Origin: Verrucomicrobiota bacterium
GTDB lineage: Bacteria > Verrucomicrobiota > Verrucomicrobiia > Limisphaerales > J093
NCBI GenBank assembly: GCA_027493615.1
Contig: JAOSKK010000012.1
Span: 228,644-292,643, forward strand
DNA: 64,000 nt
Reading direction: 5' to 3'
The notes under the pieces were generated by a model. That model was not told the DNA's origin. It searched no databases and saw only the letters and a program-made list of their open reading frames with translations. This document shows, in pieces, positions 22,041 to 31,511 of this stretch (its first letter is position 1; each line of letters opens with the position of its first letter). A program made the translations under genes and the position numbers.

Positions 22041-22807
22041 GCCAACCGCCTGCCGGTATCTGTCACGGTGCCAAACACACCGCCGTCGAAAAGTCGCTGA
22101 TGGGCCGGCTGGCCGCGGCCTTTGAGGCGTCGCCGCTCCCCCTCGAACTCCGGCTGCAGAACTTCCCGCGCCATGCGCGGCGACAGGATGTGGCCCGCTT
22201 CCTGGCCAAGCACGAGCTCTTCCAGCGCGTGCTCGGCGTGCATGGGAGCATCGTCGAGTGCGGGGTCTGGGCGGGCGGCGGCCTCCTGACCTGGGTCCAT
22301 TTCTCCGCCATCCACGAACCGTACAACCACACGCGGCGGGTGATTGGCTTCGACACCTTTGCCGGCTTCCTGGAGGTGCACCAGAAGGACCGTGAGCATG
22401 GGACGTCCGAACATCTCCAAGCCGGTGCGTTGCGGACCGCGGCGGGGATCCAGCAGGAAATCGAGGGGCTCGCGGCGCTGCACGACCAGAACCGGCCGCT
22501 GGGCCACATCCCGAAGGTCGAGCTGGTGCCCGGAGACGCCTGCGAGACGATGCCGCGTTACGTGGCCGAGCATCCTCACTTGCTCATCAGCCTGCTGTAC
22601 CTGGACTTCGACCTGTACGCCCCGACGAAGGCCGCCCTCGAACATCTGTATCCGCGGGTGGTGCAAGGGGGCCTGGTGGTTTTCGACGAACTGCACTGCC
22701 CGGAGTTTCCCGGGGAAACCACCGCGCTGCTCGAGCAGTTCGATCTGCGGCACACCGCCGTCCGCCGGCTGCCCTTCGATCCCTATATCTCCTACTTCGT
22801 GAAGTGA
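22037..22807 (+). CDS. TylF/MycF-family (sugar O-methyltransferase-like) protein
   Basis: GSIVECGVWAGGG, GFDTFAGF, LYLDFDLYAPT, FDE, FPGET. Confidence 0.85.
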   Translation: MSQPPAGICHGAKHTAVEKSLMGRLAAAFEASPLPLELRLQNFPRHARRQDVARFLAKHELFQRVLGVHGSIVECGVWAGGGLLTWVHFSAIHEPYNHTRRVIGFDTFAGFLEVHQKDREHGTSEHLQAGALRTAAGIQQEIEGLAALHDQNRPLGHIPKVELVPGDACETMPRYVAEHPHLLISLLYLDFDLYAPTKAALEHLYPRVVQGGLVVFDELHCPEFPGETTALLEQFDLRHTAVRRLPFDPYISYFVK

Positions 22808-23616
22808 GTGGCGCCTCACAACAACTGGCGGCCGCCGCGCGCGCCGAGGCCTTGCGCATGGTCGCCCGCGCCCGGGCCTCGCATCTCGGCGGCGCGCTGT
22901 CGATGGCCGACCTGCTGGCCGTGCTCTACACCGGCGTGCTGCGGGTGCGCCCGGCGGAACCGGAGTGGCCGGAGCGGGATCGCTTCCTGCTGAGCAAGGG
23001 CCATGCTTGCGCGAGCCTCTACGCGACGCTGGCGCTGCAAGGTTTCTTTCCGACGACCGAACTGCTCACCTACGGACAGGATGGCTCGCGGCTGATGGCG
23101 CACGTGTGCCACCGGGTGCCCGGCGTCGAATTCTCGACCGGCTCGCTCGGACACGCGCTGCCCTTCGGGGTGGGGCTGGCGCTGGGCGCCCAAAGGCAAG
23201 GTCAGGCCCACCGGGTGTTCGTGCTGCTCAGCGACGGGGAACTCGACGAGGGCTCGAACTGGGAGGCGATCCTGTTCGCGCCCCAACACGCGCTCGCCAA
23301 CCTCGTCGTGCTGGTGGATTACAACCGCATCCAGAGCCTCGGAGCCGTGAGCGAGGTGCTCGAGCTGGCGCCCCTGGCCGACAAATTCCGCGCCTTTCGC
23401 TGGGCCGTGCGCGAGGTGGACGGTCACGATCACGACGCCGTTCGCACCGCCCTGGAGGCCGTGCCGTGGGAGCCGGGACGACCGTCCTGTCTGATCGCCC
23501 ACACCGTGAAGGGCCGCGGGGTGGACTTCATGCAGAACCGTCTGGCCTGGCATTACCGGTCGCCGAACGAAACCGAACTGGCGGCCGCGTTGCGGCAGGT
23601 CGGTGGCACGCCATGA
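22804..23616 (+). CDS. Transketolase N-terminal (ThDP-binding) subunit
   Basis: SHLGGALS, DRFLLSKGH, STGSLGH, SDGELDEGSNWEA, HTVKGRG, WHY. Confidence 0.92.
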   Translation: MSGASQQLAAAARAEALRMVARARASHLGGALSMADLLAVLYTGVLRVRPAEPEWPERDRFLLSKGHACASLYATLALQGFFPTTELLTYGQDGSRLMAHVCHRVPGVEFSTGSLGHALPFGVGLALGAQRQGQAHRVFVLLSDGELDEGSNWEAILFAPQHALANLVVLVDYNRIQSLGAVSEVLELAPLADKFRAFRWAVREVDGHDHDAVRTALEAVPWEPGRPSCLIAHTVKGRGVDFMQNRLAWHYRSPNETELAAALRQVGGTP

Positions 23617-24518
23617 GGACGGCCTTCATCCAGGAGTTGATTGCCCAGGCGCGGCAGTGCCCGGAGATCTTCCTGGCCGTGGGGGATCTGGGTTACTCCG
23701 TGGTCGAGCCGTTCGCGCAGGAGTTTCCCGACCGCTTCCTCAACGCCGGCGTGGCGGAGCAGAACCTGACCGGCTTGGCGGCCGGGTTGGCCGCCGCGGG
23801 CTACCACGTCTTCACCTACTCGATTGCGAACTTCCCCACGCTGCGTTGTCTCGAGCAACTGCGCAACGACGTGTGCCACCACGACCTGCCGGTAACGGTG
23901 GTGTCCGTCGGAGCCGGGCTGTCCTACGGCAACCTGGGCTATTCGCACCATGCCGTGCAGGACCTCGGCATCCTGCGCACGCTGGGGGAACTGACCATCC
24001 TCTCGCCGGCCGATCCGGGCGAAGCACGCGCCGCGGTGCGCTGGCTGGCCACTCACCCGCGCCCCTCCTACCTGCGGCTGGGCAAGGCGGGCGAACCGGA
24101 GCTGCACGAGCCCGTCGGGCTGCGGGAGGCGCCGCTGGTGTTGCGACCCGGGCGGGGTAATTTGGCGATCGCCGCAACGGGTTCGGTGCTGAAGTGCGCG
24201 CTCGAAGCGGCGGATTTGCTGGCCGCGGGAGGCCTTGACCTGGCGGTGTTGTCCTGTCCCTGGCTCCAGCCGGTCGGCGACGAATTCCGCGCGGCCTTCG
24301 CCCCGTATCGCCGGGTGCTGGCGCTGGAAGAGCATGTGGCGACGGGAGGCTTGGCTTCGTTGCTGCGGGACACGCTGCCGTCGGGCGTCATCATCACCAG
24401 CCGGGCCATCCCCACGGCCGTGACGCGGCTGGTGGGGTCGCAAGCGTGGCTGCGGCAACAGGCGGGGCTGGATGCCCTCGCGGTGGCGGCGGCCGCGCGC
24501 GAGTTGGCCGGGCCATGA
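23613..24518 (+). CDS. Transketolase C-terminal subunit
   Basis: MRTAF, GDLGYS, NAGVAEQN, RCLEQLRND, GYSHHA, YLRLGK, LEEH. Confidence 0.92.
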   Translation: MRTAFIQELIAQARQCPEIFLAVGDLGYSVVEPFAQEFPDRFLNAGVAEQNLTGLAAGLAAAGYHVFTYSIANFPTLRCLEQLRNDVCHHDLPVTVVSVGAGLSYGNLGYSHHAVQDLGILRTLGELTILSPADPGEARAAVRWLATHPRPSYLRLGKAGEPELHEPVGLREAPLVLRPGRGNLAIAATGSVLKCALEAADLLAAGGLDLAVLSCPWLQPVGDEFRAAFAPYRRVLALEEHVATGGLASLLRDTLPSGVIITSRAIPTAVTRLVGSQAWLRQQAGLDALAVAAAARELAGP

Positions 24519-25924
24519 GGGGTGGCGCGCGCCAGACGAAGTGGTGGACCTGGCTGGGAGTGGACCGGGGGTTGGCGTTGGTGTTGGTCGGGCGCGCCTG
24601 GTCGTTCCTGGCCGGGCCGGTGACCATCCTGCTCATCGGCACGCAGTTCAGCGAACCGCAACAAGGTTTCTTCTACACCTTCAATCGGGTGCTCGGCCTC
24701 CAGGTGTTCCTTGAACTGGGGCTGAGCCAGGGCCTGATTCAATTCGCGAGCCATGAGTTTGCGCGGCTGCGATTCGCCGAACGCGGACGGCTGGTGGGGG
24801 AGGAGGGCGCCCGGCAACGGCTGCGGGCGTTGGGGCGTCTGGCGTTGGGGTGGTACGCGGCGGCGGCGCTGCTGGTCCTGCTGGGGATTGGCCTGGGCGG
24901 GCACGCGTTCTTCCAGGCCACGCCGGAGGCCGGCGGCGTGGCGTGGCGGGCGGGTTGGTGGCTGCTGGTGGGGGCGACCGCGTTGAACCTGCTCACCCAG
25001 CCCGTGTGGTTTCTGCTCGAGGGCTGCAACCAGATCGCCGGGGTCGCTGCCTATCGGGCCGGCGCCCTCGCCGTGAGCGGCCTCGTCTTGTGGGCCGGCA
25101 TCCTCGCCGGTGGGGGCTTGATGGCTGCGGGCTGGGCCGCCCTCGCTGGCTTCCTCGTCAGCGTGGCCTGGCTGGCCGGGCGTTGGCGCGGCTTCGTCCG
25201 TGAACTCCTCAGTCACCGCGGGCCGGTCGGTGGGATGCTCCGCGAGCTCTGGTCCTTCCAGTGGCGCATGGCCCTGAGCGCGATGAGCGGTTACCTGATC
25301 TTCAGCCTCTTTGAACCCACGGTCTTCCGTTTCCGCGGTGCGGCGGAAGCCGGGCGGATGGGCATGAGCTGGCAACTGGTCAACGCATTGTCGGTGCTCG
25401 CCGTTTCCTGGATCAGCACGCGCGCCCCGCGCTTCGGCATCCTCGTTCGCGAGGGGCGGTACGACGAACTCGATCGGCTGGCGCGGCGGGTGGCGATTCA
25501 AGCTGTGGCCATTTGTCTGGTGGGCGCCGTAAGCGCGCTCGTTTTGCTCGCGTGGGTGAAAGCCCACTTCGCTTTGGGCGCGCGATTCCTCGGGATCGAG
25601 GCGGTGGCGTTGTTGGCCGCGACCGCCGTGTTGAACCAGGTGGTCTTCGCCCAGGCCTACTACCTGCGGGCCCACAAGCAGGAGCCGTTCATGCTTATCT
25701 CGCTGCTCAACGGTCTGCTGACGGCCGCCGGCGTCATCGCCGGCACCTGGCGCTTTGGGGCCATTGGCGCCTGCGTCGCTTACGCCGCGACCCAGTTACT
25801 CATCTTGCCCCTGGCCACCGGCGTGTTCCTGATCAAACGCCGGGAATGGCACCGCCCGCCGACTGCCGAGGTCCACCCGCGGGATGGTGCACCCGCAGCA
25901 ACCGTCGCGAACAAGCCCGTCTGA
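24515..25924 (+). CDS. Polysaccharide flippase (Wzx/MOP-like)
   Basis: Many transmembrane segments, QGFFYTF, ELGL, YLRAHKQEPF; position in the polysaccharide cluster. Confidence 0.75.
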   Translation: MRGGARQTKWWTWLGVDRGLALVLVGRAWSFLAGPVTILLIGTQFSEPQQGFFYTFNRVLGLQVFLELGLSQGLIQFASHEFARLRFAERGRLVGEEGARQRLRALGRLALGWYAAAALLVLLGIGLGGHAFFQATPEAGGVAWRAGWWLLVGATALNLLTQPVWFLLEGCNQIAGVAAYRAGALAVSGLVLWAGILAGGGLMAAGWAALAGFLVSVAWLAGRWRGFVRELLSHRGPVGGMLRELWSFQWRMALSAMSGYLIFSLFEPTVFRFRGAAEAGRMGMSWQLVNALSVLAVSWISTRAPRFGILVREGRYDELDRLARRVAIQAVAICLVGAVSALVLLAWVKAHFALGARFLGIEAVALLAATAVLNQVVFAQAYYLRAHKQEPFMLISLLNGLLTAAGVIAGTWRFGAIGACVAYAATQLLILPLATGVFLIKRREWHRPPTAEVHPRDGAPAATVANKPV

Positions 25925-25944
25925 ATCACCCACCGGTCTTCGCC

Positions 25945-26990
25945 ATGTCTACCGTTACCGTCGTGATTCCCACCGCCCGCCGACCCGGGATGCTCGCCAC
26001 TGCCCTCGCTTCCGTCCGGGCCCAGGTCCTGGGCACGCCGCTGGACCGGGTGGTGGTTTCGGAGAATGGTGGCGACCCGCGCTCCCGGGAGGTCTGTGCC
26101 CGCTTCGCCGATCTGCCGATTGATTACCGCCTCCAAGATCCGCCGCTCCCCCCGTGAACCACGCCCACCACCTGCTCACCCTCCCCGAACTGGGAGAGCG
26201 CGTCGCGTTCCTGTGCGACGACGACTGGTGGGCTCCCGGCCATCTGGCCACGCTCGGGCAAGCCTTGGACCGGCATCCCGCAGCCGTCGGGGCCTTCGCC
26301 GCCGGCGGGTACATCGAGTCCGAAACCGCTGTGGCGTGCCAGCGCTACTGGCCCGCGGTCATGTGGTTACGGGGTGAGCCGGGCGCAACGGTGGAGACCC
26401 AGTTGTTGCCCGGCGACGAGGTGCTGGCTGCGTGCTGGGTCCACACCCCGTTCCATTTCTCGAGCATGCTGCTGCGCACGTCGGTCCTGCGCGAGGCCGC
26501 GGCGATCGTGCGCGATTCCCACCCCGCCCACGCCGACCGGTTGCTGTTCGCGCGGCTGGCGTTGCTGGGCCCGCTCGCGTTCGCCCCGGCCGTGAGCGCC
26601 CTCATCCGCCGGCACGAGGGCAACTACTGCCGCTCCACCGTCCAGCGGGAAATCCAGCGCGCGCACGCTGTCGTGCGAGGTCTGGTGACCGATCTCGCCG
26701 GGCAAGGCGGCGTCAACATCACCGCCGTCTGGCGACGACTCCTCGAACCCCGCCGGGGCACGCTGCCCACGGACCTGGTGAATCTCCTGTGGGACTACGT
26801 CGGCCGGGAACCGCTCGAGGCGGCTGGTCTGATGCCCTTCCTCAGTCGGGGCCGCGCCCATTACTGGCTCAAGCGTTGGGAACGCTGGTCCTGGCAGGTG
26901 CTGGTCCCCTGGGCGCCGCCGATCCTGCATCGGACCTACCTCCGCCTGCGCGATCGGTTGGCCCGTCCCCCGGAAAGGCGCGCCGGTTGA
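25945..26990 (+). CDS. Glycosyltransferase family 2 (frameshift near 26150)
   Basis: VTVVIPTARRPGML, VVVSENG, AFLCDDDWW (DxD). Confidence 0.85.
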
Positions 26991-27000
26991 TCTCGCACGA

Positions 27001-27097
27001 TGAGCCTCCTGACGTCGGCTCCTACAGGGCAGGTTTGGTGGGAGCCGACGTCAGGAGGCTCACGCCGAAGCTGGAGTCTCGTGACCTCGACTCCTAC
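27001..27097. repeat. REP-like palindrome cluster with GTAG/GTGG feet
   Basis: TGAGCCTCCTGACGTCGGCTCCTAC (27001-27025) is inverted to GTGGGAGCCGACGTCAGGAGGCTCA (27038-27062). A third variant GAGTCTCGTGACCTCGACTCCTAC lies at 27074-27097. Between convergent genes. Confidence 0.8.
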
Positions 27098-27788
27098 GGA
27101 CGAGCGGGATCGGCCATGGCGCCGGGGCCCGGCGTGCGTCGGACGACGCGGAACTCGGTGATGCGGGCCCAGTGTTCCTTGTCCTTCGGGCCGTTGTAGG
27201 CGTGCAGCGAAATCTTGGCCGCCCCGCCGGCCGGCGTTGGCAACGTACACCTGCCCGCCTCGGTCCAGTTGGTCGCGCCTTCCGCCCAGTAAGCACCGCG
27301 GATCGTCCCCTCGGAGACCGTCAGGCGCAGCTTGTACCACCCCCGGCCACGGGAGGCCGGGCAATGGTCCGGCACTGGTCACGCTCTTCGCGGCCCATGA
27401 CCACGCAGACCGGGCCATCCACAATCTCGCGCCCGATCTTGACCATGTGACTGTCGTCGTAATACCAGGCGAGATTGACCTGCTCATACTGCCCGGTGGG
27501 GGCGCTGGTGAACTTCACCGTGACTTCAAGCTCGCCACCGTCCAGCGGTGGGGCCGGGCGAACGAGCACATTGCGGGCGTCGTTCGCACCCCCCCAGAGG
27601 TTGCCGGGAAGGACCCGCAGTTCCAGCGCGCCATCCCTGACCCGCCACGCATCGGGCTCCTCGCGGACCCAGGACCAACCGTCCGCCAACCGCCCGTCGA
27701 AAGGATCCTCGAACAACACGGTCTCCGCGGCGGCCGCACTCAGCGACAGCGCCCAAGCCCAGGTGGAGAGCACCCCGCAAGTTCGCAT
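27094..27788 (-). CDS. Secreted DUF1349 / concanavalin-A-like beta-sandwich protein (frameshifted near 27350)
   Basis: Signal peptide, GWSWVRE, PTGQYEQVNL, YYDDSHMVKIGRE. Confidence 0.65.
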
Positions 27789-27828
27789 GACGGAGCGGCG
27801 GCGGTCCGCGGTACGGGTCGGCCCGACA

Positions 27829-28665
27829 CTACTCCTTCTTCTCGCCCTTGGCCTTCTCGGCTTCCTGCTGCTTGTACTTCTCGAGGTCGGCGGCCTTGAT
27901 CACCTCGATCTTGGCCCCCTTATCGAGCTCTTCCTTCGAGGGCACCTTGATGATGTCACTGGTCACGGGCTGTGCGGGAGCGGCCGGTGGGGGCGCGGAC
28001 TGGATCGAGAGCAGCTCGACGTCGAAGATCAACAGGGAATTGGGCGGAATGTTCGGACGACCCGACTCGCCGTAGGCAAGCTCGGGCTTGATGAAGAGCT
28101 GCCACTTCGCCCCGGGCCGCATGAGCTGGAGCGCCTCGGTCCAGCCCTTGATGACCTGGCCGACTCCGAAGGTCGCCGGCTGGTTCCGGGCGTAAGAGCT
28201 GTCAAACTCGGTGCCGTCCAGCAGCGTGCCGCGGTAGTGCACGGAGACGTTGTCCGTCGCCTTGGGCGAATCGCCTGCCCCTTCCGTCAGGACTTTGTAC
28301 TGCAGCCCGCTCGCGGTGGTCACGATGCCGGGTTTGCTCTGGTTGGCGGTGAGGAACTCCTCCGCGGCCGTCTTGTTCTTGGCGGCGAGCTGGTTGCGTG
28401 CTTCGGTCTGGAAGGCCATGATCGCGTTCCGGGCCTCGGTGTCGTTGAGCTGCGTATGGCCCGCGGCCGCATCCTTGAGTCCACGGGAGAGGAGCTCCAC
28501 GTCCACCTGGGCCGGGTCTACGCCGGATCGCTTCAGGTTGTTGCCGAGGCTCATCCCCAGGCTGTAACTGAATTTCTTGGCGGGATCGGTCAACGCCTCG
28601 TTGTCCGCCGCCCGGGTCCCGGCCACGAGCAGGCCGGCCAATACCACACGACAGATTGTTTTCAT
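27829..28665 (-). CDS. FKBP-type peptidyl-prolyl cis-trans isomerase (FkpA/Mip-like)
   Basis: Signal peptide, SYSLG, TASGLQY, VHYRGTLLDGTEFDSS, VIKGWTEAL, LAYG, IPPNSLLIFDVELL. Confidence 0.95.
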   Translation of the reverse strand: MKTICRVVLAGLLVAGTRAADNEALTDPAKKFSYSLGMSLGNNLKRSGVDPAQVDVELLSRGLKDAAAGHTQLNDTEARNAIMAFQTEARNQLAAKNKTAAEEFLTANQSKPGIVTTASGLQYKVLTEGAGDSPKATDNVSVHYRGTLLDGTEFDSSYARNQPATFGVGQVIKGWTEALQLMRPGAKWQLFIKPELAYGESGRPNIPPNSLLIFDVELLSIQSAPPPAAPAQPVTSDIIKVPSKEELDKGAKIEVIKAADLEKYKQQEAEKAKGEKKE

Positions 28666-28836
28666 TTTCAAGGTGCGCATCAGGTGGCGGGAGCATTTCG
28701 GAACAGCGCCCGGCTTTCAACAGCAAAAGCAGCGGGCTACCCCGCGCCGGCGCTCTCGGTCTCACGGCCTGGCGCACCGCGTCAGCCCACCACCGCCAGG
28801 CTCACCGGCCGGGCCGGGAATCGCGGCCAAAACTGC

Positions 28837-28864
28837 TTGTCACTGCGGTCGCCCCGCGCATAAT
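28837..28864 (+). promoter_or_regulatory. sigma70-type promoter of the tRNA gene
   Basis: TTGTCA-N16-CATAAT followed by a GC-rich discriminator. Confidence 0.6.
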
Positions 28865-28905
28865 CGCCCGGTCCGCGCCCGAGGGGCGCCGGTGCCCGAC
28901 GTCGT

Positions 28906-28980
28906 GCCAGGGTAGCTCAGCGGTAGAGCAGGGGACTCATAAGCCCTTGGTCGTGGGTTCGATTCCCTCCCCTGGCACCA
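28906..28980 (+). tRNA. tRNA with CAT anticodon (elongator Met or Ile2), CCA encoded
   Basis: Acceptor stem GCCAGGG/CCCTGGC, D-arm GCTC/GAGC, anticodon loop CTCATAA, T-loop TTCGATT, 3' ACCA. The G1-C72 pair argues against initiator tRNA. Confidence 0.95.
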
Positions 28981-29019
28981 CTCCAACACCAAGGAAGTGC
29001 CAACCAAATCAAAGCAGGT

Positions 29020-29325
29020 TCAGGTGGTTGCCCAGTCCGCACAGAGCAACTCCGCCTCCATCAGTACCGTCTTCACCGCCTCCTCCTGGGCAAGGATGTG
29101 TTCCTGGCCGGCGGGGATGAGCGCCAGCCGCTGAGCCGCGGTGCCCGTGATCCACCTGGCCGAACCGAAGCCGCGGAGCAGGTCGCGGGTGATGCCGTGC
29201 TTCTCGAGCATCACGGCGATGGCATGGCGCGTGTCGAAGGTCGGGTTCCCCTTGCCGCCACTTTCGGTGTACGCGGCGAGGGCGTGCCGCAACTGATCGG
29301 CGAGACCGAGGCAATCCACAACCCT
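29020..29325 (-). pseudogene. hsdR: Internally deleted remnant of type I restriction subunit R
   Basis: VVDCLGLADQLRHALAAYTESGGKG...AGQEHILAQE joined directly to the extreme C-terminal motif EAVKTVLMEAELLCADWA. Confidence 0.7.
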
Positions 29326-29452
29326 GAGGCGAATACGCGGTGCGCGGTAGAATCTCCCGCGGTTCATACTCGGCCAGGGCTCGTCGTGCCTTTGCGGCCG
29401 CGTCGCACAACCCAAAAAGGCCAGCCCGGCCTCTCGCAGGCAACCGCCATCG

Positions 29453-30952
29453 CTATTCTGCCCGCAGCCTCCAGAACCGGGCCGGCACCGCCCCATCAAC
29501 CGGAATCTCAAACACCCGCTCGTCGCCCTCGATGCGCACCTCCGGCTCGCTGGGCGTCCAACCCTCCGCCGGGCTGGCGGACTGTTCGATGACCACTGCG
29601 GAAAGCCCCGCCGGCCAGGCGCACTTGATCTTCGGCGCCAGCCCCGGCCCGGCGCCCGGCGCAAACCAGACCCGCAGGGGGAGCCTCGGCGGCCCCGCAG
29701 AGCCTTCGAGAAGCGTCAGGGCGAGGTTGTCCGCCGCGCCGTCGTTGTACGTCCCGGTGAAGCGACGGAGGCGGATCGTCACCTCGATGGTCCGGGTCCC
29801 CGGCGGCACAGCGCTCTGGTCCTGCTGGAAGATCAACGCCGTCTGGCGGTGGCGTGCGTGGGACGGGAGCGGCCCAAGTTCCATCTGGCCCAAGGGCGTG
29901 CCGTCGGACCGGAAATACCGCGCCGTGACCTGGGCACGGTCCTCATCCTCCGCCGCCACGGCTAGCCAGGCCTCAAGCACCGCCTTCAGACGCCGCTCGT
30001 CAATCATCGGTGCCGCCGCTGCCACATCCACCCATTGCCTCGCCAGGCTGCTCGCACTGTCGGGTCCGCCGACGAAGAGATTGCTCCCCCGGTTCTCCGG
30101 CCCGGGAATATCGCCGGCGAACGGGCTGCCGACGGCGTCGTATCGCAGGGCGGTCAACGCGCCGGTGGTTTCCCAGCCGGCGGGCGCCGCCACGGCCAGC
30201 AAGTCCGCCGCGCCGACGCTGGCTTCGGCACCCGGATTGACCAGCAGATTCCGGTTCAGCACCGTCGAGGGATCGGTTCCGCCCCCTCCGGAGTAAGGGC
30301 GGCTCGAAAAACCACCCTGCCCCTCCCGCACGTTCCAGCGCGCCTCATGCTGCAGGGTCGGCACGCCGCTCACGCTCAGTTCCACCACCGTGAAGGTGAC
30401 GTTACCGAACTGCAGGACAAGGCTCTCCGACGGCGGTTGCCCGGCGTCGCGCGCCTCGACTCCCAACTGGCTGACCAGAACCTCCTGGAGATCGATGCGG
30501 GCGAAAAGGACTGAAGACGGGCTCGGGCGCGTCAACTCGAGACGTGCCTCCCGGAACCGGCGGCCCTGGGCGCAGGCCAGGGCCAGCGTCGGCGACGTTC
30601 GGTCGAGGTGCTTGGTGAGCTGCAGGCCGCCGAACTCGGGACCGCCGGTGCCAAGGCTCGCCAGCCGCACGTGGTCGCGCCAGTCGACCACAAGATCCGC
30701 CAGCGGTCCCGCCGCTCGCATCCCGGCAGTGCCTGGATTCGACAACGCCTGCTCCCAACTCGTGAGTTCGATCCAGTCTTTGTGTTCCTTTTCCGTGGCT
30801 TCGCCCTTGAGGTCGTCAAGCCGGAGGTAAGCCGCGCCCCAAGCCACGCCAAGACCGAGCAGGCCCGTGGCCGCCCACGTCAACGCCGCGAGGCGAACCA
30901 CCCCGGAAGTTCGCGCGGCCTGGCCCTGCCGGAAACGGGAGGCGGATTGCAC
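29453..30952 (-). CDS. Signal-peptide-bearing Hcp domain fused to a jelly-roll/lectin-like domain and a C-terminal beta domain
   Basis: Hydrophobic leader, AYLRLDDLKGEATEKEHKDWIEL, TKHLDRTSPTLALACAQG, IDLQEVLVS, ESLVLQFG; then NLLVNPGAE...VPPGTRTI...DNLALTL; ends RFWRLRAE. Confidence 0.8.
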   Translation of the reverse strand: MQSASRFRQGQAARTSGVVRLAALTWAATGLLGLGVAWGAAYLRLDDLKGEATEKEHKDWIELTSWEQALSNPGTAGMRAAGPLADLVVDWRDHVRLASLGTGGPEFGGLQLTKHLDRTSPTLALACAQGRRFREARLELTRPSPSSVLFARIDLQEVLVSQLGVEARDAGQPPSESLVLQFGNVTFTVVELSVSGVPTLQHEARWNVREGQGGFSSRPYSGGGGTDPSTVLNRNLLVNPGAEASVGAADLLAVAAPAGWETTGALTALRYDAVGSPFAGDIPGPENRGSNLFVGGPDSASSLARQWVDVAAAAPMIDERRLKAVLEAWLAVAAEDEDRAQVTARYFRSDGTPLGQMELGPLPSHARHRQTALIFQQDQSAVPPGTRTIEVTIRLRRFTGTYNDGAADNLALTLLEGSAGPPRLPLRVWFAPGAGPGLAPKIKCAWPAGLSAVVIEQSASPAEGWTPSEPEVRIEGDERVFEIPVDGAVPARFWRLRAE

Positions 30953-30953
30953 T

Positions 30954-31511
30954 TCAACCGCCTTTGTTCTGCTTCAGGTCCCAATACACGGCCACCGGCG
31001 TGTCCAGGGTGCCATCCGCCTTCTGGGCCCTGTAGGTCCAGGTGATCTTCGAGAATTTGAACGTGACAGCGTCGCCGGGCGCGGCACCGTCAGCGGCCGA
31101 ATTCTCCACCCGCGAAACCAGCACGTCCTCCATCTTGATCGTGTAGTACTCCTGCTGTTCTCTCCCCGCCCGCCGCACGGTGAGCAACGCGCTCTTGATG
31201 TGTTCCCCACTCGCGCAGGCCAGGAAGAGCCGCGGGGAGGCCTTGCTCATCCGCGCCGTGATGGCGAAATCCTGGAAGGAAGCCTTCCCTGCGCCGGCGC
31301 CGCCACCCCCCGCGGTGCTCCCCGAGTTCGAAGCCGCCCAGGAGAAGGATCCGAGTTCGATCTCCCCCGGGTGCCTGGCGTCCTGCGATTCGCCCGGGAT
31401 CCCGTCGATCTTGAGAAAATAGTCATCCGCTGCCGACACGGAAGAGGCCCCGGCCAAAGTCAACAGGGCGACGGCGGTGAGCTGGAGCAGTGCGCTCAGC
31501 CTGGTTTTCAT
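30954..31511 (-). CDS. hcp: Hcp (type VI secretion tube family) protein with N-terminal signal peptide
   Basis: MKTRLSALLQLTAVALLTLAGASSVSA leader, then DYFLKIDGIPGESQDARHPGEIEL, GGAGAGKASFQDF, SKASPRLFLACASGEHIK, WDLKQNKG. Confidence 0.9.
   Translation of the reverse strand: MKTRLSALLQLTAVALLTLAGASSVSAADDYFLKIDGIPGESQDARHPGEIELGSFSWAASNSGSTAGGGGAGAGKASFQDFAITARMSKASPRLFLACASGEHIKSALLTVRRAGREQQEYYTIKMEDVLVSRVENSAADGAAPGDAVTFKFSKITWTYRAQKADGTLDTPVAVYWDLKQNKGG

Noticed and set aside
27001-27097. CRISPR array
   Set aside because: Repeats are inverted rather than direct, there are no regular spacers and no cas genes.
28960-28980. attL/attR duplication of the tRNA 3' end defining an intact island
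   Set aside because: I did not find a second copy or an integrase by eye; an exact-match search is needed.
29453-31511. Complete type VI secretion system or prophage tail
   Set aside because: No sheath, VgrG, baseplate, ClpV or phage genes anywhere in the window.
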